Positions 41,351-49,526 of a stretch of 64,000 nt of DNA are shown one piece after another; within the stretch, counting starts at the first letter, position 1, and every line of letters starts with the position of its first letter. The stretch is taken from NCBI GenBank assembly GCA_024644345.1, contig JAHELE010000002.1, positions 15,585 to 79,584 of the forward strand, given 5' to 3'. Made by a program: the position numbers and the translations under genes. The DNA is from Actinomycetes bacterium (GTDB taxonomy: Bacteria > Actinomycetota > Actinomycetes > JAHEKZ01). The notes under the pieces were generated by a model. It had not been told where the DNA came from. It did not search any database and worked only from the letters and a program-made list of their open reading frames with translations.

Positions 41351-41408
41351 AAAACGATGACTTAGAGTGATACTCGCAGGTCAAAGCCTTGCGTGTGGCC
41401 CCTATTGA

Positions 41409-42449
41409 CTAGGCCTCGTCAGAGCCGATCGAGGTGCCGCGGCCCTCGAGAAGGGGCGTCGCGCGGTCCCAGACGACCTGCCCGGCATCCTTGCGACGCC
41501 GGGCAATGCCCGAGAGGGCCTCGAGGACGACGCGGTTGCCCAAGAAGGTGGTGATCTCGGCGTGGTCGTAGGGCGGAGACACCTCGACCACGTCCACGCC
41601 GAGAACCGGTACCTCGTAGCAGATCCGCGACACCGCATCGAGAAGCTGGCGGGCGGACAGCCCGCCCGGCTCTGGTGTGCCCGTTCCTGGCGCATGCCCA
41701 GGGTCACAGACGTCGATGTCCACCGACAGGAAGACGCCGTCGCAGTCATCGGTGGCGATCACGAACGCCTCGTCGAGCACCTGGTCAAGGCCCTTGGCGA
41801 CGATCTCGCTCATGTGGAAGGAGCGCATCTTCTGGTCGGCCATCCAGTCCAGCGTCTCTGGCCCTGGCCAGTACCCACGGAGCCCGAGCTGCAGGAAGCG
41901 GTCACCGCGGGCAGCACCGGACTCGATCAGTCGTCTCATCGGCTGACCGTGGCCGTAGAGCGATCCGAACTCAATGTCGCCGGTGTCGGCGTGGGCATCG
42001 AAGTGGATGATCGAGACCCGCCCGAACCCTGCGGCCCTGGCCACACCCGTCACATCCGGCCACGTGACGGTGTGGTCGCCCCCGAGCACCAGGGGAATCT
42101 TGCCGGCCTCGGCAATCCGCGCCACGGCGTCCTCGATGATCTGGCAACTCCGAACCACGTCGCCGGAGTACACCTCGAGGTCGCCAGCGTCGACGACTCG
42201 GAGGTCCTCGGTGAGTGCCTCGACCCGCATCGCCATATGCGGTCGAACGCCGTCTTGCGGCAGATAGTCGGTGGAACGCATCGCCATCGGCCCGAAGCGG
42301 GTCCCCGGACGGTGACTGGTTCCACCGTCAAAGGGAGCGCCGACGATGACGACGTCGGCGTCGGCGAACGTGGCCGGGTCGTCGAGATCGCATGCCGGCA
42401 CGCCGAGAAAGGTGATGTCGGGACCGAACATGGGGCCGTAGCGAGTCAT
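41409..42449 (-). CDS. Agmatinase-family ureohydrolase (agmatinase or guanidinobutyrase type)
   Basis: 346 aa. The Mn-binding motifs are LGGDHTV, HFDAHADT and SVDIDVCDPGHAPGTGTPEPGG. Confidence 0.88.
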   Translation of the reverse strand: MTRYGPMFGPDITFLGVPACDLDDPATFADADVVIVGAPFDGGTSHRPGTRFGPMAMRSTDYLPQDGVRPHMAMRVEALTEDLRVVDAGDLEVYSGDVVRSCQIIEDAVARIAEAGKIPLVLGGDHTVTWPDVTGVARAAGFGRVSIIHFDAHADTGDIEFGSLYGHGQPMRRLIESGAARGDRFLQLGLRGYWPGPETLDWMADQKMRSFHMSEIVAKGLDQVLDEAFVIATDDCDGVFLSVDIDVCDPGHAPGTGTPEPGGLSARQLLDAVSRICYEVPVLGVDVVEVSPPYDHAEITTFLGNRVVLEALSGIARRRKDAGQVVWDRATPLLEGRGTSIGSDEA

Positions 42450-42505
42450 GACCAGACTCTACTGGCAGCCCTGGTCGACTGGTCGGTGCTGGGTGGATAC
42501 CCGCC

Positions 42506-43042
42506 TCAGCCTGCCGCCGCCCACCTCGGTCGGCAGAACCGCGCCAGGGTGGCACCGCACGCGACGGCGAGATCTTCATCGCCCTCGTCGAACGGCAGGC
42601 CACTGTTCCGCGCCACCCAGAACTCGCCAAGTGGGTTTCCGGCAAGCCGGATGGGAGCCCCCAGACAGGCCGTTCGCCGCTGGGCGGACAGCAGCTCGCG
42701 ATACTCCTGGGGGCAGTCAGGATCGTCCAGGGACGAGCGGTACGAGGCGCCGTGGGCCAGCTGCTGGGTGGTGAAGGGGAAGTCGGCGAAAGCGTAGTAC
42801 TCCCCCACCGGTGACCTCTTTTCTCCCACGACAAGGTCGCCCACGTTGGTGATGGTGTGGAATCGCGAGCCGCCGTAGTCCATCAGGTTCAGCGCGGCCA
42901 TTGAGCCGTCGAAGAGGTCACACAGGTACTCGGCCGCCACATCAGGGCACTGATCCACAGGGACCTCAGTCAGCGCACGCCGAAACGCGAGGATGACGTC
43001 GATGACGTCACGACCCCCCGAGAGTCCTGAACTGCCGATCAC
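42506..43042 (-). CDS. Stand-alone GAF-domain protein
   Basis: The tracked ORF starts at TTG 43132, but that start lies inside a strong hairpin (43098-43134). I prefer GTG 43042 (VIGSSGLSGGRDVIDVILAF...). ...CLGAPIRLAGNPLGEFWV... is GAF-like. Confidence 0.65.
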   Translation of the reverse strand: MIGSSGLSGGRDVIDVILAFRRALTEVPVDQCPDVAAEYLCDLFDGSMAALNLMDYGGSRFHTITNVGDLVVGEKRSPVGEYYAFADFPFTTQQLAHGASYRSSLDDPDCPQEYRELLSAQRRTACLGAPIRLAGNPLGEFWVARNSGLPFDEGDEDLAVACGATLARFCRPRWAAAG

Positions 43043-43097
43043 TATTCGATCGTCGACGCCGGGACCGAGGGTCGGTATCCGCCGACCGAGTGAGTTC

Positions 43098-43134
43098 CCT
43101 TGAGTGCCCCGGGACCGGCCCGAGGCACTCAAGG
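43098..43134 (-). terminator. Stem-loop after mmsA (11-bp perfect stem)
   Basis: ccttgagtgcc (43098-43108) pairs with ggcactcaagg (43124-43134) across a 15-nt GC-rich loop. It is 22 nt downstream of the mmsA stop. There is no U tract. Confidence 0.6.
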
Positions 43135-43155
43135 ATGGGACTGGGTGGGACGTGC

Positions 43156-44649
43156 CTAGACGTTCTGCGGGAACCCCAGGTTGATCCCACCGTGGCTCGG
43201 GTCGAGCCAGCGGCTCGTCACCACCTTGCCGCGTGTGTAGAAATGCACGCCCTCTTGACCGTGGGCGTGCGTGTCCCCGAAGAGGGAGTTCTTCCAGCCA
43301 CCGAACGAGTAGTAGGCCATCGGGACCGGGATCGGCACATTGACGCCAACCATCCCCACCTCTACCTCGTTCTGGAATCGGCGTGCCGCACCGCCGTCGT
43401 TGGTGAAGATGGCGGTGCCGTTGCCATACGGGTGGTCATTGATCAGCTTCAGGCCCTCGTCGAAGGAGTGCACCCGGACGACGGACAGCACCGGGCCGAA
43501 GATCTCGTCGTTGTAGATGCTCATGTCGGGAGTGACGTTGTCGAAGAGCGTGGGGCCGAGCCAGAATCCCGCGGGATCGCCGTCTGGTTCGACATCCCGA
43601 CCGTCGACGACCAGGGTCGCCCCCTCCTCCACACCGGCAGCCACATACCCCGTCACCTTGTCGCGGTGCTGGCCCGTGACCAACGGTCCCATGTCCGAAC
43701 CTCGACGACCGTCGCCGGTGCGCAGGGTGGCCATCCGGTCGCTGATCTTGGCGACGAGCTCGTCGGCGATGCTGTCGACGGCGATCAGAGCCGAAATCGC
43801 CATGCACCGCTCACCAGCCGATCCGAACCCGGCGTTGATTGCCTGGTCCGCCGCGAGGTCGAGGTCGGCGTCCGGCAGCACCAGCATGTGGTTCTTGGCT
43901 CCACCCAGTGCCTGAACCCGCTTGCCGTTCTTGGTGCCGGTCTCGTAGACGTAGCGGGCGATCGGAGTCGAGCCCACAAATGAGAGCGCCTTGACGTCGG
44001 GGTGCTCGAGGAGTCGGTCAACGGCGACTTTGTCACCATGCACGACGTTGAAGACACCGGCCGGAAGCCCGGCCTCGGCCCACAGCTCGGCCATGAAGAC
44101 GGCAGCGGACGGGTCCTTCTCACTCGGCTTCACGATGACGGCGTTACCGGCAGCGATGGCGATCGGGAAGAACCACATCGGAACCATGGCCGGGAAGTTG
44201 AACGGGGAGATGATCCCGACCACGCCCAGCGGCTGGCGGATCGAGTAGACGTCGACGCGGGTCGACACACTCTCGGAGAACCCGCCCTTCAACAGGTGCG
44301 GAATGCCGCAGGCGAACTCCACGACTTCCTGTCCACGGGTGACCTCACCGAGTGCGTCGGACAGCACCTTGCCATGCTCAGCCGTGATCAGCTCGGCGAT
44401 CTCGCCCTTGCGCTCGTTGAGCAGCTCGCGGAACTTGAACAGCACCTGCGTGCGCTTGGTGAGAGAGGCGTGCCGCCACTCAGCGAAGGCGGCATTTGCC
44501 GCGGCGACGGCTTCATCGACGGTGCCGACGTCCGCAAAGTCGACGGTGCCCGTCACCTGGCCGGTCGCCGGGTCATAGATGTCGCCCTGACGATCGGCGA
44601 CTGCACCGAAGGCTTTTCCGTCGATCCAGTGGGTAACGTGCTTGCTCAT
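43156..44649 (-). CDS. mmsA: CoA-acylating methylmalonate/malonate-semialdehyde dehydrogenase
   Basis: ATG 44649 (MSKHVTHWIDGKAF...). MMSDH-type motifs are ALGGAKNHM and GERCMA, and the C-terminus ...GWKNSLFGD...FYT.... The tracked ORF over-extends to 44766. Confidence 0.88.
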   Translation of the reverse strand: MSKHVTHWIDGKAFGAVADRQGDIYDPATGQVTGTVDFADVGTVDEAVAAANAAFAEWRHASLTKRTQVLFKFRELLNERKGEIAELITAEHGKVLSDALGEVTRGQEVVEFACGIPHLLKGGFSESVSTRVDVYSIRQPLGVVGIISPFNFPAMVPMWFFPIAIAAGNAVIVKPSEKDPSAAVFMAELWAEAGLPAGVFNVVHGDKVAVDRLLEHPDVKALSFVGSTPIARYVYETGTKNGKRVQALGGAKNHMLVLPDADLDLAADQAINAGFGSAGERCMAISALIAVDSIADELVAKISDRMATLRTGDGRRGSDMGPLVTGQHRDKVTGYVAAGVEEGATLVVDGRDVEPDGDPAGFWLGPTLFDNVTPDMSIYNDEIFGPVLSVVRVHSFDEGLKLINDHPYGNGTAIFTNDGGAARRFQNEVEVGMVGVNVPIPVPMAYYSFGGWKNSLFGDTHAHGQEGVHFYTRGKVVTSRWLDPSHGGINLGFPQNV

Positions 44650-44796
44650 GGTCAAACCTCTCGCGGGCGGGAACGGGGGCCGACGATGACCGTCGGTCGA
44701 ACGGGGTCGCGTGCGGGGTAACAAGCCCGCTGCGCCATTCTCACCGCGGTCGCCCATCTCGCGCAACCGACAGAGTGACCGAAAGGCGCAGCCAGG

Positions 44797-44811
44797 CTTT
44801 ACAGGGTGTAA
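44797..44811. promoter_or_regulatory. Motif CTTTACAGGGTGTAA (TTACA-N3-TGTAA palindrome)
   Basis: It matches 52597-52611 at 13 of 15 positions. It lies 15 nt beyond the FAD-oxidase stop and 148 nt upstream of the mmsA start. Confidence 0.3.
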
Positions 44812-44825
44812 CTCGCCGCGAGTCG

Positions 44826-46292
44826 CTAGGAGTCGAAGCCGAGACCGAGCCGGTCCAGCGTCCGTAGCCAGCTATTGCGCTTGCCCTGCTGCTGGTCGGC
44901 CCGGCTGATCGACCATCGGGTGAGCTGGATGCCGGCTGACTTCAGGGGCTCCGGGGGGAAGGGCACCGGCTTCTTACGCACCATGGACAGCTCGGTCCGC
45001 TCGGTCCGCCGTCCGTGCAGGTGGTCGAGCATCACCTGGGCGCCGAAGCGGGTCGCGCCGACTCCCAGTCCGGTGTAGCCGAGGACGTACGACACCTTGC
45101 CGCCATACGCCTGGCCCCACAGAGCGCAGAATCGGGTGGAGGTGTCGATCGCCCCGCCCCAGGTGTGGCTGAAGCGGATCCCCTCGAGCTGCGGGAAGGT
45201 CGTGAAGAAGTGCCCGGCCAGGGTCACGAATGACTCAGGACGTTGAGCCAGTTCTTCGCGGAGGCCATTCCCGTAGTGGTAGATGGCGTCGTACCCACCC
45301 CAGAGGATTCGGTTGTCCGCGCTCAGCCGGTAGTAGTGGAACTGGTTGCCGGCATCCCCGATCCCCTGGCGGTTCTGCCAGCCGATCGACTCCAGCTGCT
45401 CGGCCGTCAGTGGTTCGGTCATCAGCACGTAGTCCCACACCGGGATGACGTACGGTCGGGCGCGCTTGACCAGGTTGGGGAAGATATTGGTCGCCAGTGC
45501 GATCTTGGGCGCCTGCACCTGGCCATAGCCGGTGGCGGCCACCATCTGCCCCTCGTGCTCGTCGAGGCTGACCACCTTGCTGCGCTCGAATATGCGCACC
45601 CCGAGGCTCTCAGCCGCTGCGGCCAGCCCCCACGCGAGTCGGGCGGGGTTGACCAGCGCCGTTCCGTCGGCTTCGTGCAGGCCGCCCAGGTAGGTCGGCG
45701 AGTGCACCTCGGACTGCATACGCTCGGCGTCCCACAGGTCGATGCTGAGGCCGTACTCCTTGCCCTGCTCGACGTAGTGACCGAGCTCGTCGACCTGCCA
45801 CTGCTCGTAGGCCGCGGTCAGTTCACCGTTCCGCTCCCACTGGGCGTCGATGCCATAGCGGGCAATCGTCTTCTCGATGCCGTCGAGATTGTCCTCACCC
45901 AGTCGAAGCAGGGCCGGCAGCTCGTCGCGAAAGCGATCGACGCCGTTCGGAAGCCCGTGGGTCAGGCTCGACGATACGAACCCCCCGTTGCGGCCCGTGG
46001 CCGCCCAACCGATCCGCTCCCCCTCGACGAGGACGACATCCAGCGAGGGGTCCTCCTCTTTGGCGAGCAGCGCGGTCCAGAGGCCGGTGAAACCGCCTCC
46101 GACCACCAGAAGGTCGCAGCGCAGGTGCTCCGCCAGCTGCGGGCGTGGCGCTGGCGCCGTCGGGTCGTCGAGCCAGAAGGCTGTTGGCTCGGCGTCACGC
46201 AGCGCAGCACGGATCGTCGCCGGACTTACGGGCACCTCGGACAGGACACCTGACACGTTCTCACCTCGACGAAGAGTATGAAGGACGCCCAT
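44826..46292 (-). CDS. FAD-dependent amine oxidoreductase (DAO family, PuuB-like)
   Basis: LLVVGGGFTGLWTAL Rossmann motif. The start is ATG 46292 or GTG 46256. The tracked ORF to 46451 overlaps potC. Confidence 0.8.
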   Translation of the reverse strand: MGVLHTLRRGENVSGVLSEVPVSPATIRAALRDAEPTAFWLDDPTAPAPRPQLAEHLRCDLLVVGGGFTGLWTALLAKEEDPSLDVVLVEGERIGWAATGRNGGFVSSSLTHGLPNGVDRFRDELPALLRLGEDNLDGIEKTIARYGIDAQWERNGELTAAYEQWQVDELGHYVEQGKEYGLSIDLWDAERMQSEVHSPTYLGGLHEADGTALVNPARLAWGLAAAAESLGVRIFERSKVVSLDEHEGQMVAATGYGQVQAPKIALATNIFPNLVKRARPYVIPVWDYVLMTEPLTAEQLESIGWQNRQGIGDAGNQFHYYRLSADNRILWGGYDAIYHYGNGLREELAQRPESFVTLAGHFFTTFPQLEGIRFSHTWGGAIDTSTRFCALWGQAYGGKVSYVLGYTGLGVGATRFGAQVMLDHLHGRRTERTELSMVRKKPVPFPPEPLKSAGIQLTRWSISRADQQQGKRNSWLRTLDRLGLGFDS

Positions 46293-46335
46293 CGGCGTCG
46301 CACGTCCGACCCCGATGACCGGGTGGGGGAACCGG

Positions 46336-47208
46336 TCAGTTCTTGCGGACCCTCTTGACCACCTCGGGGACCAGCACGACCACCAGAGCAATGATGAACA
46401 TGAGGGCTCCGACCACGTTTGCCTCGGGCGGGATGCCGCGGGTGTTGGCACCCCAGACGAACATCGGGAAGGTCACGGCCTGTCCGCTGGTGAAGTTCGT
46501 GATGACGAAGTCGTCGAACGAGAGCGAGAACGCCAGGAGTGCGGCAGCAACGATACCCGGAAGCACGAGGGGGAAAGTGATCTTCATGAAGGTCGTGCGT
46601 TCGTCGGCGTAGAGGTCCATGGCCGCCTGCTCCAGGCGTGAGTCGAGACCGGCGATACGAGCCTTCACCGTGACGACCACGAAGCTGATGCAGAACATGA
46701 TGTGCGCCACAGTGATCGTGCCGAAACCCAGGCTGCCTTCGAGCTGCGCAGTGACGAACAGCGTCAGCAGCGATGAGCCCATGACGACCTCGGGGGTAGC
46801 CATCGGCATGAAGATCAGCAGGTTGATCCCGCCGCGACCGCGGAAGTTGTGTCGCCCAATGGCGAACGCGATCAGCGTTCCGAGCACGACGGACACCGTC
46901 GTGGCGACGAGCGCGATCTCAATGCTCAACTTCACCGCGCTGGTGATCTGATCATCGCTCCACACGTTGGTCCACGCGATGGTCGAGAACTGGTTCCAGT
47001 TGTAGTTGAAACGACCCGCCGGGACGTTGAACGAGAACAGCACCACGATCATCACGGGCAAGAACATGAACAGGAGGGCGAACGCGGCGAAGAACTGGAC
47101 CAGGTGAGTCCGAATCCAACGATTCGTGCGAGCCCAGAAGCCTGGTTCACGGTGGGGGGGCAGGGCCGCGAGAGCCTGCTCTCGGCGCTCCTCAATGGTG
47201 ATCGTCAT
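46336..47208 (-). CDS. potC: Spermidine/putrescine-type ABC transporter permease
   Basis: 290 aa, 6 TM, binding-protein-dependent permease fold. Its ATG overlaps the potB stop by 1 nt. Confidence 0.85.
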   Translation of the reverse strand: MTITIEERREQALAALPPHREPGFWARTNRWIRTHLVQFFAAFALLFMFLPVMIVVLFSFNVPAGRFNYNWNQFSTIAWTNVWSDDQITSAVKLSIEIALVATTVSVVLGTLIAFAIGRHNFRGRGGINLLIFMPMATPEVVMGSSLLTLFVTAQLEGSLGFGTITVAHIMFCISFVVVTVKARIAGLDSRLEQAAMDLYADERTTFMKITFPLVLPGIVAAALLAFSLSFDDFVITNFTSGQAVTFPMFVWGANTRGIPPEANVVGALMFIIALVVVLVPEVVKRVRKN

Positions 47209-48203
47209 CAGACCAGCTCCTCCGTGCCTGCGCGTCTCACGTACAGCGCCACCATCGTCACAATGACCACCATCAGCATGACCGAGAGCGACGCGGCCAG
47301 CGGATAGTTGCCGGTCGCCTTGAACTGGGCATCGATCGCGTTGCCCATCAGCGAGTCGTTGGCGGCCCCCAGGAGGGCGGCGTTGACCGGGTCACCGGCG
47401 GCCGGGATGAAGGTCAGCAGCGTTCCCGCGACGACGCCAGGAAGCGACAGGGGGAACGTCACCTTGCGGAAGGCGGTGAAAGCCGATGAGTAGAGGTCGG
47501 TGGCCGCCTCGATGAGTCGGATGTCGATGCGCTCCAGACTCGCGAAGAGCGGCAGTGTCATGAAGGGAAGGAAGTTGTAGGTGATGCCCAAGATGACAGC
47601 GAGTGGGGTCTGCAGGACGCGGTTCTCACCTGTGAGCCCGTCCGGGAAGATCTGTGTCCAGGTGGGCCACGAGTCGGGGGTGTTGATCGCGTGCAGCACG
47701 TTGAGCATGCCGGTGCTCTCCATGAACTGCACGACAACGGAGCTGTCCGACAGGATCGTGCTCCATGCCGTCGTTCGGAGCAGGAAGCTGGTGAAGAACG
47801 GGGCGATGACGAGCACCAGCAGCAGGTTGCGCCAGCGGCCGGCTTTGAAGGCGATCGTGTAGGCCAGGGGATACGCGATCGCCAGACAGAGCACGGTGGC
47901 GATCAGCGCGTAGATGAGCGACTTCTGAAAGATCGGCGAGTCAATGACGTACTTGCTGATCGCGTCGCCGTAGTTGCCCCACTGCAGCGACTTCACACTG
48001 AATGTGAACGTGCCATCTCCGGCAAAGGCCGATCCGGACGACAGCGACATCCGCGCCAGCATCACGGTGGGGATCAGGAAGAAGATCGCCAGCCACAGCA
48101 TGCCGGGACTCAGCAGCGCATAGGGCGTCCATGCCTTTGTACCGACCGACCGCGCCACGTCATCGGCCGGTGCCGCCGCCCCGGGTGCTGGAGCCGCGCT
48201 CAC
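47208..48203 (-). CDS. potB: Spermidine/putrescine-type ABC transporter permease
   Basis: 331 aa. Its GTG start overlaps the potA stop (GTGA). Confidence 0.85.
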   Translation of the reverse strand: MSAAPAPGAAAPADDVARSVGTKAWTPYALLSPGMLWLAIFFLIPTVMLARMSLSSGSAFAGDGTFTFSVKSLQWGNYGDAISKYVIDSPIFQKSLIYALIATVLCLAIAYPLAYTIAFKAGRWRNLLLVLVIAPFFTSFLLRTTAWSTILSDSSVVVQFMESTGMLNVLHAINTPDSWPTWTQIFPDGLTGENRVLQTPLAVILGITYNFLPFMTLPLFASLERIDIRLIEAATDLYSSAFTAFRKVTFPLSLPGVVAGTLLTFIPAAGDPVNAALLGAANDSLMGNAIDAQFKATGNYPLAASLSVMLMVVIVTMVALYVRRAGTEELV

Positions 48204-49366
48204 TCGTCGCCCTCAACCTTCTCGGCACCTGCATCCGCGTCCTGTGAGGCGTCGAGGGCGAAGGTGTGCGCGGGGTTCCAGTGCAGGACGACGTCCTCAC
48301 CGGCGCCCAACGGTCCTTCGGTCGAGAGGTTCTGCGAGAAGATCGAGACCTCCTGTCCCCACGGAAGTTTGACCAGATACTGCGTGGAGACGCCGATGTA
48401 GCTGGCATCGGTGACGACTCCGGCCATGGAGTTCTCGCCCTCGACCGCGGTACCGGCTCGGCTGATCTGCATCTTCTCGGGGCGCACCCCCACCCAGACC
48501 TCGTCTCGTTCGGAGTGCACGCGGGCGGTTGGCATGGCCATCCGCTGGCCCTGGACCAGCAGGCTGGCGTCGCCGCCGGTCTTTCCGGTGAGCTCTCCCT
48601 TGATCAAGTTCGACTGACCGAGGAAGTTTGCGACGAAAGTGGTGACCGGGTTCTCGTAGAGCTCCATGGGGGCGCCCATCTGCTCGACCTGGCCGGCGTT
48701 CATGACGGCGATGGTGTCAGCCATCGTCATCGCTTCCTCTTGGTCATGGGTGACGTGCACGAACGTGATGCCCACATCGGTCTGGATGCGCTTGAGCTCG
48801 ATCTGCATCTGACGGCGGAGCTTGAGGTCGAGCGCTCCGAGGGGCTCGTCGAGCAGGAGGACCTCGGGCTTGTTGATCAGGGCCCTCGCCACCGCCACTC
48901 GCTGCTGCTGCCCTCCGGAGAGCTGAGTCGGCTTGCGCCTTGCATAGGTCGAGAGCTCGACGAGCTCGAGCATCGCCTCTACCTCGTTGCGCACATCCTT
49001 GGACCCGGAACGGCGCAGCCCAAATGCCACGTTCTCGAAGATGTCGAGGTGCGGAAAGAGCGCGTACGACTGGAACACCGTGTTGACTGGGCGCTTGTAT
49101 GGCTTCTTGTGGGTGACGTCCTCGTTGCCGATGACGATGCGCCCGGCACTTGGCTCCTCCAGGCCGGCCACCATGCGCAAGGTGGTGGTCTTGCCGCACC
49201 CGGACGGCCCCAGGAGGGCGAAGAAGGAACCGGCTGGGATCGTGAGGGTCAGGTCGTCGACGGCCTTAAAACTGCCGAATCGCTTGGTGACATCGACGAT
49301 GTGAAGGTCTGCGCCTCCCCCGGATGTCGATACCGGGGCTGCGGTGGAAGTCGTCTGTTCGCTCAT
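48200..49366 (-). CDS. potA: Spermidine/putrescine-type ABC transporter ATP-binding protein
   Basis: Walker A GPSGCGKTT, signature LSGGQQQR, Walker B LLLDEP. It has a C-terminal TOBE-like domain. Confidence 0.9.
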   Translation of the reverse strand: MSEQTTSTAAPVSTSGGGADLHIVDVTKRFGSFKAVDDLTLTIPAGSFFALLGPSGCGKTTTLRMVAGLEEPSAGRIVIGNEDVTHKKPYKRPVNTVFQSYALFPHLDIFENVAFGLRRSGSKDVRNEVEAMLELVELSTYARRKPTQLSGGQQQRVAVARALINKPEVLLLDEPLGALDLKLRRQMQIELKRIQTDVGITFVHVTHDQEEAMTMADTIAVMNAGQVEQMGAPMELYENPVTTFVANFLGQSNLIKGELTGKTGGDASLLVQGQRMAMPTARVHSERDEVWVGVRPEKMQISRAGTAVEGENSMAGVVTDASYIGVSTQYLVKLPWGQEVSIFSQNLSTEGPLGAGEDVVLHWNPAHTFALDASQDADAGAEKVEGDE

Positions 49367-49434
49367 CAGTCCTGATTCGTCGGCAGTCGTGGGCAGTGAT
49401 GTCTCGAAGGCTCTGAGCGCTCGGTCACGCTCTC

Positions 49435-49500
49435 GGTTGCGCCCTCACCACCTGGCCAACGGCCCGATGGGCGACGGCTCAGTGTGGCAAGGGCGCAACC
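49435..49500 (-). other. Large intercistronic stem-loop between the binding-protein gene and potA
   Basis: ggttgcgccct (49435-49445) pairs with agggcgcaacc (49490-49500). That is an 11-bp perfect stem that extends imperfectly inward (caccac / gtgtgg). Confidence 0.5.
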
Positions 49501-49526
49501 GAAAAGGAAGACCCCGGTCTGAGAAG

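Noticed and set aside
41234-41408. c-di-GMP (GEMM-type) or other riboswitch in the leader of the small-peptide/GGDEF-EAL operon
   Set aside because: I could not recognise the conserved GEMM-I/II core sequences or a convincing multi-stem architecture by eye. Only a palindrome and one 7-bp hairpin are present. A covariance-model scan is needed before any claim.
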